In this document: positions 31,901-41,874 of the stretch, in pieces
Layout of the letters: each line of letters begins with the position of its first letter
Position numbering within the stretch: position 1 is the first letter of the stretch
Origin: Phormidesmis sp.
GTDB lineage: Bacteria > Cyanobacteriota > Cyanobacteriia > Leptolyngbyales > Leptolyngbyaceae
Assembly: GCA_965248535.1 (NCBI GenBank)
Contig: CBDFJR010000002.1
Coordinates: 1,504,001 to 1,568,000, forward strand
Length of the DNA stretch: 64,000 nt
Direction of reading: 5' to 3'
The notes under the pieces: generated by a model
What the model was told of the DNA's origin: nothing
What the model saw: the letters and a program-made list of their open reading frames with translations, nothing else
Databases searched by the model: none
Program-made: the position numbers and the translations under genes

Positions 31901-31971
31901 CGGAGGTTGATCCCCCGCAGAATTTTCCGTCCAATTCGGTTTCTGACTGTTGACGGCTCTATCGATTGCAT
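28927..31971 (-). CDS. NTT/Npt-like MFS transporter fused to HEAT repeats
   Basis: ~12 N-terminal TMs with ANQLFNIREIKRTYPLIS motif; C-terminal HEAT repeats. Confidence 0.85.
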   Translation of the reverse strand: MQSIEPSTVRNRIGRKILRGINLRPEESKRTLVMFTFYTLTSIGLLWLEASAVGLFLEQYGADALPKIYIASSGISVGLGVLYSWMQRFLPLRRVIVLIALLMALPLLLFYFGLSFSEVAVIGGVTIFKTTVLLLRLWLEAIYVLNDINTSITANQLFNIREIKRTYPLISSGVLLADIISGFSLPIVLTFFPRSQGLPTVVLFSFGMMVLGAVVLSYLSQTYQQSFPDRRRQEWQSEATLSRVRGEMKGYVRLLIIFFVMAQVLLLLVDFQFLSLLEQQPGFASQGDKIASFLAVLNGTLGICELAGQWMFSSRVIERVGVFNALMALPVVIILLTIGIVISSVVTQGWVLLFWGLVTRKFLYELLHYTLFASVSPVLFQPIPEMLRGGLQAKVRGVAEPLATGGTGVALLLMVYAQKGTGVQVQNLTIFTIVIALALFWLWTIRRLKKDYLNLLVFDAGRGKLSGSDVDLRELKRAVIESLEKPGAEADKRSCIELLSQIDPGNVGEVLSPLLDKLSPSLQEKSLDVMLNYPNLVYLGDVRALIAQKPTAEVMAVALRYVWLTDPNPDMSQLQSYLPPTIDPIIRGTAASLMLRRGTPNQKAEATNSLRLMLTHKDRRERVMGCRALGEALYLQALRLYIPSLLQDKSLQVRCAVLEAIGATRLEEYYPALLRGLSYKSTRDAAQRALVKLENEALPMLVRLAEDFHQSDLVRCYAWSAIGQIGTLEAIDLLISRLKTAWGETRRNILRILLKIPQERGIDIVLDRLGRRGVEQLIDQEIMLIGQVYAALVDLAPESLQGQEADLLRRALRDMPTDAIERLFLLMKFLYDLGTIQVASFNLQSESLANQAQGLEILDNTLDIPSKQALLALLDRNLDSEKLQNLSGLVDYEPMNPDDRIRHLLDLRHFLSDWSLACCFHVARRSRCRLTSDQILSSLNHPRGFVREAVLSYLELASPSALARILPRLQNDPDRLVLVQVKQMLKGLGLDQIPFVRPALEEDDMPSTGELRPM

Positions 31972-32170
31972 GAAGCGTTGTTTCCTGTCTCGTAAGGTTG
32001 GATGCCCTGATCAAAGGAGCGATCGCCGATCGCTTGAAGTCCTGAGCACCCAGCGATAATGACTAGCGTTGACTAGAACTGAACCTATTAAATCAGTATT
32101 CCCGGACTCGCTTAGATTTTATAGGCGGTTAGCTCGTTTGGGTGAAGAGATTTAAGCGATTTCTCCACAC

Positions 32171-32216
32171 AAGAAAGGGGAATCAGAGTGTCTGGTTAGA
32201 CTGCTCTCATTCCCCT
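32171..32216 (-). terminator. Intrinsic terminator of infC
   Basis: AGGGGAAT.AGAG...CTC..ATTCCCCT stem followed by TTCTT on the minus strand. Confidence 0.65.
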
Positions 32217-32243
32217 GCCTTTTTAGAATGCACTTCGCAGAGA

Positions 32244-32780
32244 CTATTTTTTAGGAGCCATCAGCATCATCATATTTCGCCCTTCTTTTTTGGGCGCTTG
32301 CTGCACCTCCGCAAACTCTTGCAGATCGGTGGCCATGCGTTTGAGCAACTCTTCGGCCAAATCGCTGTGCTGAATCTCGCGACCCCGGAACATGATTGTC
32401 GCCTTCACTTTGTCGCCTGCTTTTAAGAAGCGCTCTGCCTGATTGATCCGCACGTTATAGTCGTGCTCCTCAATCTTGTAGCGCATCTTCACTTCTTTGA
32501 CATCGACGTTGTGCTGCTTTTTCTTAGCTTCTTTAGCTTTTTTCTCTTGCTCGAACTTGTGCTTACCGTAGTCTACGATTTTGCACACAGGAGGATCGGC
32601 TTTGTCACTGACCAAAACCAGGTCGAGTTCCTTCTCGTCTGCCAGTTGCATCGCTTCACGAGAAGACATGATTCCTAGCTGGGAGCCGTCTGAGCCGATC
32701 ACTCTGACAGTCGGGAAACGAATGCGTTCATTGATGACGGGAATATCTCGATTAGGTCTTTTCTCAATCAGAGGCGCCAT
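32244..32780 (-). CDS. infC: Translation initiation factor IF-3
   Basis: [29 protein letters not shown]. Confidence 0.98.
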   Translation of the reverse strand: MAPLIEKRPNRDIPVINERIRFPTVRVIGSDGSQLGIMSSREAMQLADEKELDLVLVSDKADPPVCKIVDYGKHKFEQEKKAKEAKKKQHNVDVKEVKMRYKIEEHDYNVRINQAERFLKAGDKVKATIMFRGREIQHSDLAEELLKRMATDLQEFAEVQQAPKKEGRNMMMLMAPKK

Positions 32781-33081
32781 TAATTATTATTGTTAGGGGA
32801 TTAGGTGAACAAAAAAGAGAAGCAGTCAATCAAACAAAACGGAGGAATAAGAGGAATCAAATCAAACCGGGTATTGCTTATCGATCGGGGAAACTCCGTC
32901 GATCACTAGATGACTCTAACCGTCATTCTACTCACTCTGGTCTAAGTTCTGTCTAGTTCTTAACTTAAATTCTAAACGACGAAGAGGTGAGTGGGGCAAA
33001 AAGGTCGTTTAGACTGGCGAACAAACGGTGAAACTGACGTTGAAGAATGTGGGTTAAATCTTGTTAGTTACTTGCGTGGGC

Positions 33082-33109
33082 AGGGGGTACGGCACTGCCG
33101 TACCCCTAC
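33082..33109. repeat. REP-like palindrome
   Basis: GGGGTACGGCA-C-TGCCGTACCCC(TAC); related to the cores at 60520-60710. Confidence 0.8.
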
Positions 33110-33173
33110 GTGGAAACTTAAAACTTGTAGAATTGGGATGAGGGCCTAAATTCTTAATAATGTTGAGGAAGTT

Positions 33174-34088
33174 GTGACAAGCGCTTTACATTGGCGGCAG
33201 CGGGTAGGCAGTCAGCGCGATTGGGTCTGGCGAGGCTGGCAAACTCGCTATACCTACATTCGTGCTGAGAGGGTCGAAAAGGCTCCGCCGCTGATGTTGC
33301 TGCACGGGTTTGGGGCCTCGATCGGGCATTGGCGACAAAATCTATCGGTCTTGGGTGAGCATCACACGGTTTATGCCCTCGATATGCTGGGGTTTGGGGC
33401 TTCTGAGAAAGCGATCGCTCCCTACAATGTGGCGCTTTGGGTTGAGCAAGTTTATGACTTCTGGAAAACGTTTATTAGAGAGCCGATCGTGCTGATTGGC
33501 AACTCGATCGGCTCTCTGGTCTGCATGGCGGCGGCGGCGACCCATCCCGATATGGTGCGGGGGTTGGTGATGCTCAATTTGCCCGACCCGTCGATCGAAG
33601 AAGAGATGATTCCTGAGCCATTGCGCCCTGTGGTGGCGACGATTAAAAGCTGGGTGGCTTCGCCGCTGGTGCTCAATCTCCTGTTTCAGTTTGTGCGAAA
33701 GCCGGGCGGCGTAAAGCGCTGGGCATCGCTTGCTTACGCCAACTCTGACGCAGTGACGGATGAGTTGGTCGAGATTTTGCTAGGGGCGGCTGAAGATCGG
33801 GGATCGGCGCGGGCTTTCTGCGCCATTTTTAGAGCGATCGTGGCTCCTAAATTTGGCCCCAGTGTCAAGAAGACGCTGCCTCACCTGCAAGTGCCGATGC
33901 TGTTGCTGTGGGGCAAGAACGATCGGATGATTCCGCCTAGTCTAGCGGCTCAGTTTGGTCGCTATAACGCCGACATGAAGGTGGTAGAAATTGAGAATGC
34001 AGGTCATTGCCTGCACGATGAAGCGCCTGAGCAAGTCAACTCAGAAATCCTAACCTGGATTGCATCCTGGTCTGGAACGTCAGCCTGA
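33174..34088 (+). CDS. Alpha/beta-fold hydrolase
   Basis: HGFGAS.GHWR, GNSIG nucleophile elbow, AGHCLHDE. Confidence 0.93.
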   Translation: MTSALHWRQRVGSQRDWVWRGWQTRYTYIRAERVEKAPPLMLLHGFGASIGHWRQNLSVLGEHHTVYALDMLGFGASEKAIAPYNVALWVEQVYDFWKTFIREPIVLIGNSIGSLVCMAAAATHPDMVRGLVMLNLPDPSIEEEMIPEPLRPVVATIKSWVASPLVLNLLFQFVRKPGGVKRWASLAYANSDAVTDELVEILLGAAEDRGSARAFCAIFRAIVAPKFGPSVKKTLPHLQVPMLLLWGKNDRMIPPSLAAQFGRYNADMKVVEIENAGHCLHDEAPEQVNSEILTWIASWSGTSA

Positions 34089-34127
34089 CTTTTTTCTAGA
34101 AATCCCTGCTGCGGAGAATTTTTATCT

Positions 34128-34721
34128 GTGACCCCTGACCCTATGACTTTGTTAGAAGCCCCGATCGTCGAACTGTCTCACCCCTCAGAAGACCTGTTTC
34201 GGATTTCTCCCCTGATTCGCATCACGCTGCTGAGTCTCTATGGGGCGTTGACGACTCCGTTGCCGTTTCTGGCGGCAGTGACGAAATCTCCAGTGCCGCC
34301 TAACTTTCTGTGGGCAGGCATTGCGCTGGGCGCGATCGGACTTTATGCAGTCCTGTGCGAACGGGTTGTGGTCGATCCGCAAGGAATTCAGGTGACCTAT
34401 CCGCAGTGGGTGCCGAAATTTTTTCGTAAAGGATGGCAACTGCCTTGGGCAGAGGTCAAAGCGTTAAAGCCCCGATCGACGGGTCAGGGCGGCTTGGTCT
34501 ACTATTTTCTCAGCCAGTCGGGGCAGGGCTATTTGTTGCCGATGCGGGTGGCAGGGTTTGCGCGGCTAGTCCGGCGAGTCGAGGCAGAAACCGGAATTGA
34601 CACGCGAGATGTCAAACCCCTGTCTCAACCGTGGATGTACATTATCTTGCTGGGGCTGACGGTGATGCTGTTAGCGATCGACAGTTGGACGATCTGGACG
34701 GCAACCACTCTGACCCACTAG
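34128..34721 (+). CDS. Conserved cyanobacterial membrane protein (bPH-like domain)
   Basis: FRISPLIRITLL, TGQGGLVYYF, LLPMRVAGF. Confidence 0.75.
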   Translation: MTPDPMTLLEAPIVELSHPSEDLFRISPLIRITLLSLYGALTTPLPFLAAVTKSPVPPNFLWAGIALGAIGLYAVLCERVVVDPQGIQVTYPQWVPKFFRKGWQLPWAEVKALKPRSTGQGGLVYYFLSQSGQGYLLPMRVAGFARLVRRVEAETGIDTRDVKPLSQPWMYIILLGLTVMLLAIDSWTIWTATTLTH

Positions 34722-34742
34722 GTTAAGAATTCGCCGCCGGAT

Positions 34743-35552
34743 TTAAGTAAGGCTAGAAGTCATCAGGTCAGTCGTCATCTCAAAGTTAGCGGTGACGGTT
34801 TGCACATCGTCGAGGTCTTCTAGGGCATCCATGAGCTTGAGGATCGATCGGGCGAGATCGGGGTGATCCACCTCGATCGTAGTGGTCGGAATCCAGCGCA
34901 ATTCCACCAGGCTAACCGTGTACTGGGTTCTGAGGGTTTGGCTCAACGCTTCCAGGTTTTCGATTTCGGTCAGGACTTCGGCAACTTTTCCGTCTTCGGT
35001 GTCGATGAGTTCATAGGTTTCGGCACCGCCTTCGAGACAGACTTCTAGAAAGTCTTCTTCGTTGACGGCATCGAGTTCAGGCGGGCGATTGCGTCCCCGC
35101 TTGGTGGATGAAGTTGTCATCGCCACTTCGACTACACCTTTTTGCTCAAACATCCAGCCGACGCACCCAGATTCACCCAGGTTGCCGCCGTTTTTGCTAA
35201 ATGCTTCTCTGAGGGTGGCGGCGGTGCGATTGCGGTTGTCGGTGAGCGCTTCGATTAATACGGCGACTCCACCAGAGCCATATCCCTCATAGCGAATGGC
35301 TTCTAGCTCGGTGTTGTCTGCGCCTTTGCCTGCACCTTTAGCGATCGCTCGATCAATATTATCGTTGGGAATGCTGGCAGCTTTGGCCTTCTCGATCGCG
35401 GTGCGAAGCTGAAAATTAGCGGCCGGATCGGGAACGCCACTACGAGCCGCCACGATAATTTCTCGCGAAATTTTGGTGAAGACTTTGCCTTTGACCGCAT
35501 CGACTCGTGCTTTTTGGCGCTTAATATTCGCCCACTTACTATGTCCTGCCAT
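34743..35552 (-). CDS. yebC: YebC/PmpR (TACO1) family protein
   Basis: MAGHSKWANIK, YEGYG, LTDNRNRT, LEDLDDVQ. Confidence 0.96.
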   Translation of the reverse strand: MAGHSKWANIKRQKARVDAVKGKVFTKISREIIVAARSGVPDPAANFQLRTAIEKAKAASIPNDNIDRAIAKGAGKGADNTELEAIRYEGYGSGGVAVLIEALTDNRNRTAATLREAFSKNGGNLGESGCVGWMFEQKGVVEVAMTTSSTKRGRNRPPELDAVNEEDFLEVCLEGGAETYELIDTEDGKVAEVLTEIENLEALSQTLRTQYTVSLVELRWIPTTTIEVDHPDLARSILKLMDALEDLDDVQTVTANFEMTTDLMTSSLT

Positions 35553-35611
35553 ATCGAAATGAGAATGGATGCTAACAGTAGATGTTTAATTTAAGCGATC
35601 GTAGACGTTTT

Positions 35612-36447
35612 TCAACCTTTTCCCCCGGTGAAGGTGACTCCTTGAATAAAGTATCGATTAAAAAAGGCGTAAATTGCCAAAGCTGGAAGGGTAAAAATCA
35701 TAGAAGCCGCCATGATGTAGTTCCAGTAGGTGACATATTGCCCTTTAAACGCATTTAGCCCTAGAGGAAGGGTAAACATTTCTGGGTTTGACAAGACGAC
35801 TAGAGGCAATAAAAACTCATTCCAGGAACCCATAAAAATAAAAATAGTTTGAGCCGCTAGCGCAGGTTTTGCTAATGGCATCACGACTTGAAAAAAGGTT
35901 TCAAATCGATTTAATCCATCCAACGCGGCGGCTTCTTCTAACTCTTTAGGAAAGTTGAGAAAAAATTGCCTCATCATAAAAATAAAGGTGGCGTTGACGA
36001 GCGCAGGCGCAATTAAACCTTGATAAGAATTGAGCCATCCTAACGATTTGAGAATTAAGAACTTGGGTAAAAGCGTAATTTGTCCTGGTACGACTAAGAC
36101 AGCTAAAATCAGAAAAAATAGAAATTGCTTACCAGGAAATTTGATTCGAGCCAGTGCATAGCCTGCCATTGAGTTAAACAGCAAATTAAAGAGAGTCACG
36201 ATCGTGGCTACTATCTACGCTATTGAACTAACCATCTTCCAAACAAAGGTTCTTGTAAAAAGATGGTTTTGTAGTTGTCTAAGGTGAATGCTTTAGGAAC
36301 AAAATCTGTCCCGCCTGATGAAATCTCGGACAATGATTTGAAGGAGGCAGACAGCGCCCAAGCAAACGGAATAAAGGTCAAAAACCCATAGACAGCCAGA
36401 GCTATGTAAAGAAGCCACATCCACGATCGGGCCGATTTTGCAATCAT
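35612..36447 (-). CDS. Carbohydrate ABC permease (MalG-like), broken by two 1-bp insertions at ~36216 and ~36229
   Basis: EEAAALDG motif; removing two bases restores GRWLFNSVIVATIVTLFNLLFNSMAGYALAR. Confidence 0.85.
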
Positions 36448-36456
36448 GTTTCACCT

Positions 36457-37359
36457 TTAGTCTAATGATTCTTCTTGAAATAAACTGCGTTGAATTAGCG
36501 TCACTATCATAATCACTAGGGCTAGCATTAAAGTTAGAGCTAGAGCATATCCCATATCCAAGTTTTTGAAGGCATATTGATAGATTAGAAGCACGATCGT
36601 TAGAGTGGCATTATTTGGCCCGCCTGATCCACCTGAGAAAATATAAGACTGATCAAATAACTGAAAAGTGCCAATAATTCCCATTACGATCACAAAGAAC
36701 GTCACGGGTTTTAGGAAAGGAAGCGTGATGCACCAAAACTTCTCCCACGGGGTGGCACCATCGATTGAGGCTGCCTCATATAGACTCTCTGGAATATCTT
36801 GTAAGGCAGCTAAATAAATCACCATAAAAAGTGGAGCCGTCGCCCAAATGTTCATCAGCATAATGCCCTTGAGAGCAACGTCTGGATCGCCCAACCAATT
36901 GTAAGTAGGCAGCCTCAAAAAGCCGAGAAAACTATTTAGTAACCCATTAGTGTTATAAATCCACATAAAGATCAGAGTCAGAACGGCTGATGATGTGACA
37001 GTTGGTAGAAAAAACGCGACTCGAAACCAGCTTTTTCCGCGAATGTTAGTATTAAGAATTAGGGCTAATCCTAGCGCTAAGATAGTTTGAATGGGAACCA
37101 CGATCGCTACATAGTCCACCGTGTTTTTTAGGGCAATCCAAACTCGCTCATCCGCTCCCATTCGTATAAAGTTTTTAAGCCCAGCAAATCGATAGCTGAT
37201 TTCACCCAAGAGTTGAACTCGATAAAAAGCCAGCACGATCGTGAAGATTACCGGAATAATTAAAAAGATCCCTAAGACCACGATCGCTGGAGTCATAAAT
37301 AGATAGCCTGACAGCGTTTCTCGTGTGCTTTGTTTGTTCAGAATCGGTTTATTCAGCAT
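36457..37359 (-). CDS. Carbohydrate ABC permease (MalF/UgpA-like)
   Basis: LYEAASIDGA, ITLPFLKP, FQLFDQ. Confidence 0.93.
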   Translation of the reverse strand: MLNKPILNKQSTRETLSGYLFMTPAIVVLGIFLIIPVIFTIVLAFYRVQLLGEISYRFAGLKNFIRMGADERVWIALKNTVDYVAIVVPIQTILALGLALILNTNIRGKSWFRVAFFLPTVTSSAVLTLIFMWIYNTNGLLNSFLGFLRLPTYNWLGDPDVALKGIMLMNIWATAPLFMVIYLAALQDIPESLYEAASIDGATPWEKFWCITLPFLKPVTFFVIVMGIIGTFQLFDQSYIFSGGSGGPNNATLTIVLLIYQYAFKNLDMGYALALTLMLALVIMIVTLIQRSLFQEESLD

Positions 37360-37364
37360 ATCGA

Positions 37365-38618
37365 CTAGTTGGATAGATAAATTTCTCGATTTGCAGTATC
37401 TTGAGCTTTTTGCATCGCATCTTTAAGCGATTGTTGACCGATCAAAGCGCTAATAAATTGATTGTCAAAGTTTGTCAAAATCGTAGGCAGCGTTTCTCCA
37501 GATTGCCAGATCGTTGCATAGGTTGACCCAGCAATTAAGGGAGCATAAAGAGAGCTACGATCGGAGGTCAATTCTGCCAATACCGATCGTCGAGACGGCA
37601 AAGCAAATCCCTGATTTCCAGAGGCTTTCATTGTGGCTTCGCTCGTTAAGTAGTCGATCAGTTTCCAAGCAGCTTCTTTATGAGTTGAGCGACGGTTCAT
37701 CACATAGGCAACAGTGTAAGCCATTGTTCCTTTTCGACTATTAATTGTCGGCACTTCTGCGGTTGCAAACTTCAAATTTGGAAACGTTTCTTTAAAGTAG
37801 GGAATGCTCCAAGCCCCTGATAAAACCATCGCAACTTTTCCCTGACCCAGCATCTCGTCACCAGAGCTTGCCCCCACATCAGACGGTTGAGCCGATGAGC
37901 GATCGTGGCGATATTGCTCGATCACAAGCTGCAAACCCTTTAAGCTTTTGGGCGTGGCGAAGGCTGCATACTGATCGCGATCGACCAATTCGCCGCCAAA
38001 TGCCTGAAGAATAAACTGCTGTCGGGGCAATTCTGGAGTGATGCCAAATCCGTATCGAGTAACTTTTCCGTCGGGTGCAGCGATCGTTAGCTTTTTTGAG
38101 TCTTGAATTAGCTCATTCCAGGTTTTGGGAGGGCGGTTAATCCCTGCGGTTGCGAAAGCTTTTTGATCATAAAAAAGAGCCAATGTTGAGAAATCTTTTG
38201 GGATTCCATAGAGGTTTCCATGATGCTTAAAGGCGTTGATTAATGTGGGTTCAAAATCAGCTAAGTTAAATTCAGGTTTGATGTAGGAATCGAGCGGCTC
38301 TAAGACTTCATATTTCATTAAGAGCGGCGCTTCAAAGGCATCTAAATAAAACACATCGGGGGCAACTTCTCCGATTAAGCGGGTTTTGATCACATCCATA
38401 TATTGGCTGTTGATCACTTCGTGTTTAACTTTAATGTTTGGATATTTAGCCTCAAATTGGTCAATGACGTTCTTTAAAAGTCGAGACTCGATCGGGCTGC
38501 TTTGCCAACCACTGAGCGTAATCTCGATCGTACCCTCAGCATTTTGATCGTGAGAACGACACGAATTTATTAACAAAAGTAAACTTGAAACTATCAAACT
38601 AGAAAGCAGCTTTTTCAT
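37365..38618 (-). CDS. Carbohydrate ABC substrate-binding lipoprotein
   Basis: Lipoprotein signal (..INSC), APDVFY, YGIPKDFSTLALFY, PPKTWNEL. Confidence 0.92.
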   Translation of the reverse strand: MKKLLSSLIVSSLLLLINSCRSHDQNAEGTIEITLSGWQSSPIESRLLKNVIDQFEAKYPNIKVKHEVINSQYMDVIKTRLIGEVAPDVFYLDAFEAPLLMKYEVLEPLDSYIKPEFNLADFEPTLINAFKHHGNLYGIPKDFSTLALFYDQKAFATAGINRPPKTWNELIQDSKKLTIAAPDGKVTRYGFGITPELPRQQFILQAFGGELVDRDQYAAFATPKSLKGLQLVIEQYRHDRSSAQPSDVGASSGDEMLGQGKVAMVLSGAWSIPYFKETFPNLKFATAEVPTINSRKGTMAYTVAYVMNRRSTHKEAAWKLIDYLTSEATMKASGNQGFALPSRRSVLAELTSDRSSLYAPLIAGSTYATIWQSGETLPTILTNFDNQFISALIGQQSLKDAMQKAQDTANREIYLSN

Positions 38619-38764
38619 AGATAAATTTCTAAAAGGCTGTATCTAACGAGCATTATCAAGTTAGTTAAATCTAAATCTGACTTCCATAAGACAGACTTTA
38701 GAACAAAAGCCCTCGCAATTGAGATAATGACCGTGAGAATCGCCAAGACGATGGAACAGTGCCC

Positions 38765-40083
38765 ATGATTTTGCAACAATTACGAGACGGTTTAAGGCGG
38801 CGAAATTTTTGGCAATGCCTGTCTAGAGTGTTTGCGCTTTGTCTCAGCCTGCTGCTGATCGGGTGTCAATCCCCGCCCGATCGTCGGATGTGACTCACCT
38901 AACCCTGTGGCAAGGAGTCAACCCGCCGCCCAACCGAGACGTTTTGCAAAAACTGGTCAATCAATTCAATCAGCAGCACCCAGATATTCAGGTTGAGTCG
39001 CTCTATGTGGGGCAAGGCGATCAGCAAATGCCCAAAATTCTCTCAGCCGTGGTGGGCAACGCCGCCCCCGATATGCTGTGGTTTGCGCCCATGTTGACTG
39101 GGCAACTGGTGGAATTGAATGCTCTACGATCGCTCGACGATTTCCTATCAGATTCGCCGTTGAAACCTCAGCTCGATCGCGCCCTTTTTGACACGATGAC
39201 TTATCAGGGTCACGTTTGGTCAATTCCCTTCAGCACAAACAACGTCGGAATTTTCTATCGTCCCAGTCTGTTCAAAGCGGCGGGGATCACCGAGTTACCC
39301 AAAACCTGGCAAGACTTTCGGCAAGTGGCAAAGCGGCTGACTCGTGACACCAATGGAGACGGGCGGGTGGACACTCACGGAATGGTGCTTCCCCTCGGCA
39401 AAGGAGAATGGAGCGTGTTTACATGGCTGCCGTTTATGTGGAGCGGGGGCGGCGAATTGATCGGTCAACCCAATGCAGGCACTGAGGCGTTAAGTATTGT
39501 TAACGAAGGCGCGATCGCGGCTCTGCAATTCTGGCGTGACTTGGTTCAAGATGGCTCGGCGATTCTCTCGCAGCCAGAGCGAGGCTATGAGTTGGATGGT
39601 TTTATCGCTGGAAAGGTGGCTATGCAAATCTCTGGGCCGTGGACACTCGGACAGCTTCAAGCGGCTAAAGTCGATTTTGGCGTGTTGCCCATCCCGATCG
39701 GGACTCGACCTGCAACCGCGATCGGGGGTGAAAATCTATTTCTGTTCCAATCAACTCCAGCGCGAGAAAGAGCCGCCTTTGCGTTTGCAGACTATGTGAT
39801 GAGTGAAGAATTTCAGACTCAGTGGGCGATCGGCACAGGCTATTTGCCCATCAATCTCAAAGCTCGTCAAAATTCTGACTATCTCAAGTTCAAAGCTCAA
39901 CAGCCTGCCGTCGATGTGTTTTTGCAACAGGCAAAATATGGACGATCGCGCCCCATTTTCCCCGGCTACAATCGCATCTCAGACAATTTAGGACGAGCGA
40001 TCGAAGCCACTCTCTTAGGTCGAAGCTCTCCCACAGAGGCGCTTAACGCTTCCCAACAACGCCTAGATTTGATCTTCAAATAG
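38765..40083 (+). CDS. Carbohydrate ABC substrate-binding lipoprotein; 1-bp deletion in C-run 38871-38874 separates the signal peptide
   Basis: ATG 38765 gives MILQQ...LSLLLIGCQSP (lipobox); one extra C joins it to ARSSDVTHLTLWQGVNPPPNRDV. Confidence 0.88.
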
Positions 40084-40085
40084 TC

Positions 40086-40118
40086 AGAAGTCGGGGTTCT
40101 GTCAGAACCCCGACTTCT
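40086..40118. terminator. Perfect 16-bp inverted repeat between convergent genes
   Basis: AGAAGTCGGGGTTCTG-T-CAGAACCCCGACTTCT. Confidence 0.8.
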
Positions 40119-40125
40119 AGTGGAG

Positions 40126-41874
40126 TTAGGCGATCGGCGGTGGATTTTGACGCAGTTGGCTGGGGGTCAGCGTCTCCATGCTGAAGTTTTGCCAGTCGTT
40201 CGTGACAAACTTCAACCGTCCGCCCCCAACGCCGCCGTTGTTGCTCCAATCAGCCGCCCACGGAGACGATGTGCTCCGCCAATAGTCGGCTCCATCACTA
40301 GCGAGATAATGGGTAGAAGCCCGATCGTCGATTCCATTCGGGTCATTGAGCACCAATCGACTCTGAAACCGAGTATAAATTCCAGCAATATCCGTGGGGT
40401 CAATGGTGGCTCGATCAGTCCAGAAGTGATAGTTATAGCCATTTCCCGTCACAACACTGGTTCCGCCACCGTTATTAGACTCGTCTTTGACCGAGGGCGG
40501 CTGTGAGGCATTGTTGGCAAAATCTTCCTTAAAATCGGCCCCATCTACGCGAGTAGCGTGCTGAAGCAAAACCCATTTCCCTGTTGACTTGCTGAGATAC
40601 CACGCATCTAGGTTTCGCAGTTGCACACGAGTGTTGCTATTGGCAGGAGGGTTCCAGCCCGCTTCGACATAGACTTGTCCCCACGCCGTAAACGCTTTCC
40701 AATCGCTAGGTGGGTTGTTGCCATAGCCCGAAACAGGTTTGTCATACCAACTGTAGTAACTAGGAACTCCAGACGGATGCCCCTCATTGGCCAAGGTCGA
40801 ATCATCAAAAGCGGGCGACAGAGTTGAGATCGGAGCCGGAATCGAAATCGGAGGAGGAACGGGAGCCGAAATAGAACTTTGAATGGGAGATGAAACCAGA
40901 GTCGGAATCTGAATGGGAGGTGAAACCGGAGTTGAAACGGAAATGGACGGTTGTGACACCCCAGATCCCGCAGAGATTAACTTGGCATCAGCCCAATCTG
41001 CATGGTCATAAGAGACCCCATCACCGCCGTCAGTGACGACTAGCTTTAAGACTTGTTTGCCTGTCACATCAATGTCGATCGCTCTAGCCGCAGTTCCTCC
41101 CCGCACCACGCCACTGTCAAACAGCTTCTGGTTATCGCCCCATACTTGAAAATCAACCGTTCCGTTGCCACCTGATTCATCATCGACCCCGATCGCTGAT
41201 AAAAAGCGGCTGTAGTTACCACTCAATTGATAATAGACCTCTGACAGCGAGTGCACCCCTAACCCTTTGCTAAACGACTGTCCAGCAATTTTGAGACTGT
41301 GGCCATCGGCCGTCCCTTGTTCGCCGTTGCTCAGGTCACGCTCGATCGGGCCCCAGCCATTGGTTTGAGAGTTGGGGGTCAAGTCGCTGATATAGGTCGC
41401 TCCCCCAGCCGGAGGCGCAATCACGCTAGCTGAAGAAAGCGCGCTGCTGGGGATCACCTGCTGTCCAAAGCCTGGCCCCGCCCACTCTAGGCTGACCGAA
41501 GCTTCTCCTCCCTCTTCGTAATATTCCACCTTGAGATCATGCTGACCGCTAGAAAGGGCGATCGTGCCTTGGTCTTGTTTAGAAGCGTGTGCAGTCCAGT
41601 CATCAATAATTGGTTTGCCGTCGATCCAAACTCTGATGCCATCGTCTGAATGGGTATAAAACGTGTAACTCCCATCTGTTGGAGCAGTGACTTTGCCTGT
41701 CCATCTGGCTGAAAAGTGATCGCTTGCGATCGCGGAACTAGGAGAACCATAAGCCCAGTTGAAGTTGAGAGCGGAATCGATGCGCGTCAGTGCAAGGGTG
41801 TTGGTGTTGAGATCAGTGCTGTTGAAGTACTGTGCTGTCAATCCACCACCGTTGCTAATAACGGAACTCACCAT
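40126..41874 (-). CDS. PA14 + NPCBM/NEW2 carbohydrate-binding protein with Pro/Ser linker and unassigned C-terminal domain
   Basis: FSARWTG..YTFYT.SDDGIRVWIDG (PA14); NGWGPIERD..KGLGVH..DHADWADA (NPCBM); SD GGAG before ATG 41874. Confidence 0.88.
   Translation of the reverse strand: MVSSVISNGGGLTAQYFNSTDLNTNTLALTRIDSALNFNWAYGSPSSAIASDHFSARWTGKVTAPTDGSYTFYTHSDDGIRVWIDGKPIIDDWTAHASKQDQGTIALSSGQHDLKVEYYEEGGEASVSLEWAGPGFGQQVIPSSALSSASVIAPPAGGATYISDLTPNSQTNGWGPIERDLSNGEQGTADGHSLKIAGQSFSKGLGVHSLSEVYYQLSGNYSRFLSAIGVDDESGGNGTVDFQVWGDNQKLFDSGVVRGGTAARAIDIDVTGKQVLKLVVTDGGDGVSYDHADWADAKLISAGSGVSQPSISVSTPVSPPIQIPTLVSSPIQSSISAPVPPPISIPAPISTLSPAFDDSTLANEGHPSGVPSYYSWYDKPVSGYGNNPPSDWKAFTAWGQVYVEAGWNPPANSNTRVQLRNLDAWYLSKSTGKWVLLQHATRVDGADFKEDFANNASQPPSVKDESNNGGGTSVVTGNGYNYHFWTDRATIDPTDIAGIYTRFQSRLVLNDPNGIDDRASTHYLASDGADYWRSTSSPWAADWSNNGGVGGGRLKFVTNDWQNFSMETLTPSQLRQNPPPIA

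Noticed and set aside
32778..32795. Non-canonical ATT start for infC
   Set aside because: A normal ATG at 32780 is preceded by in-frame stops; the nearby ATT is out of frame
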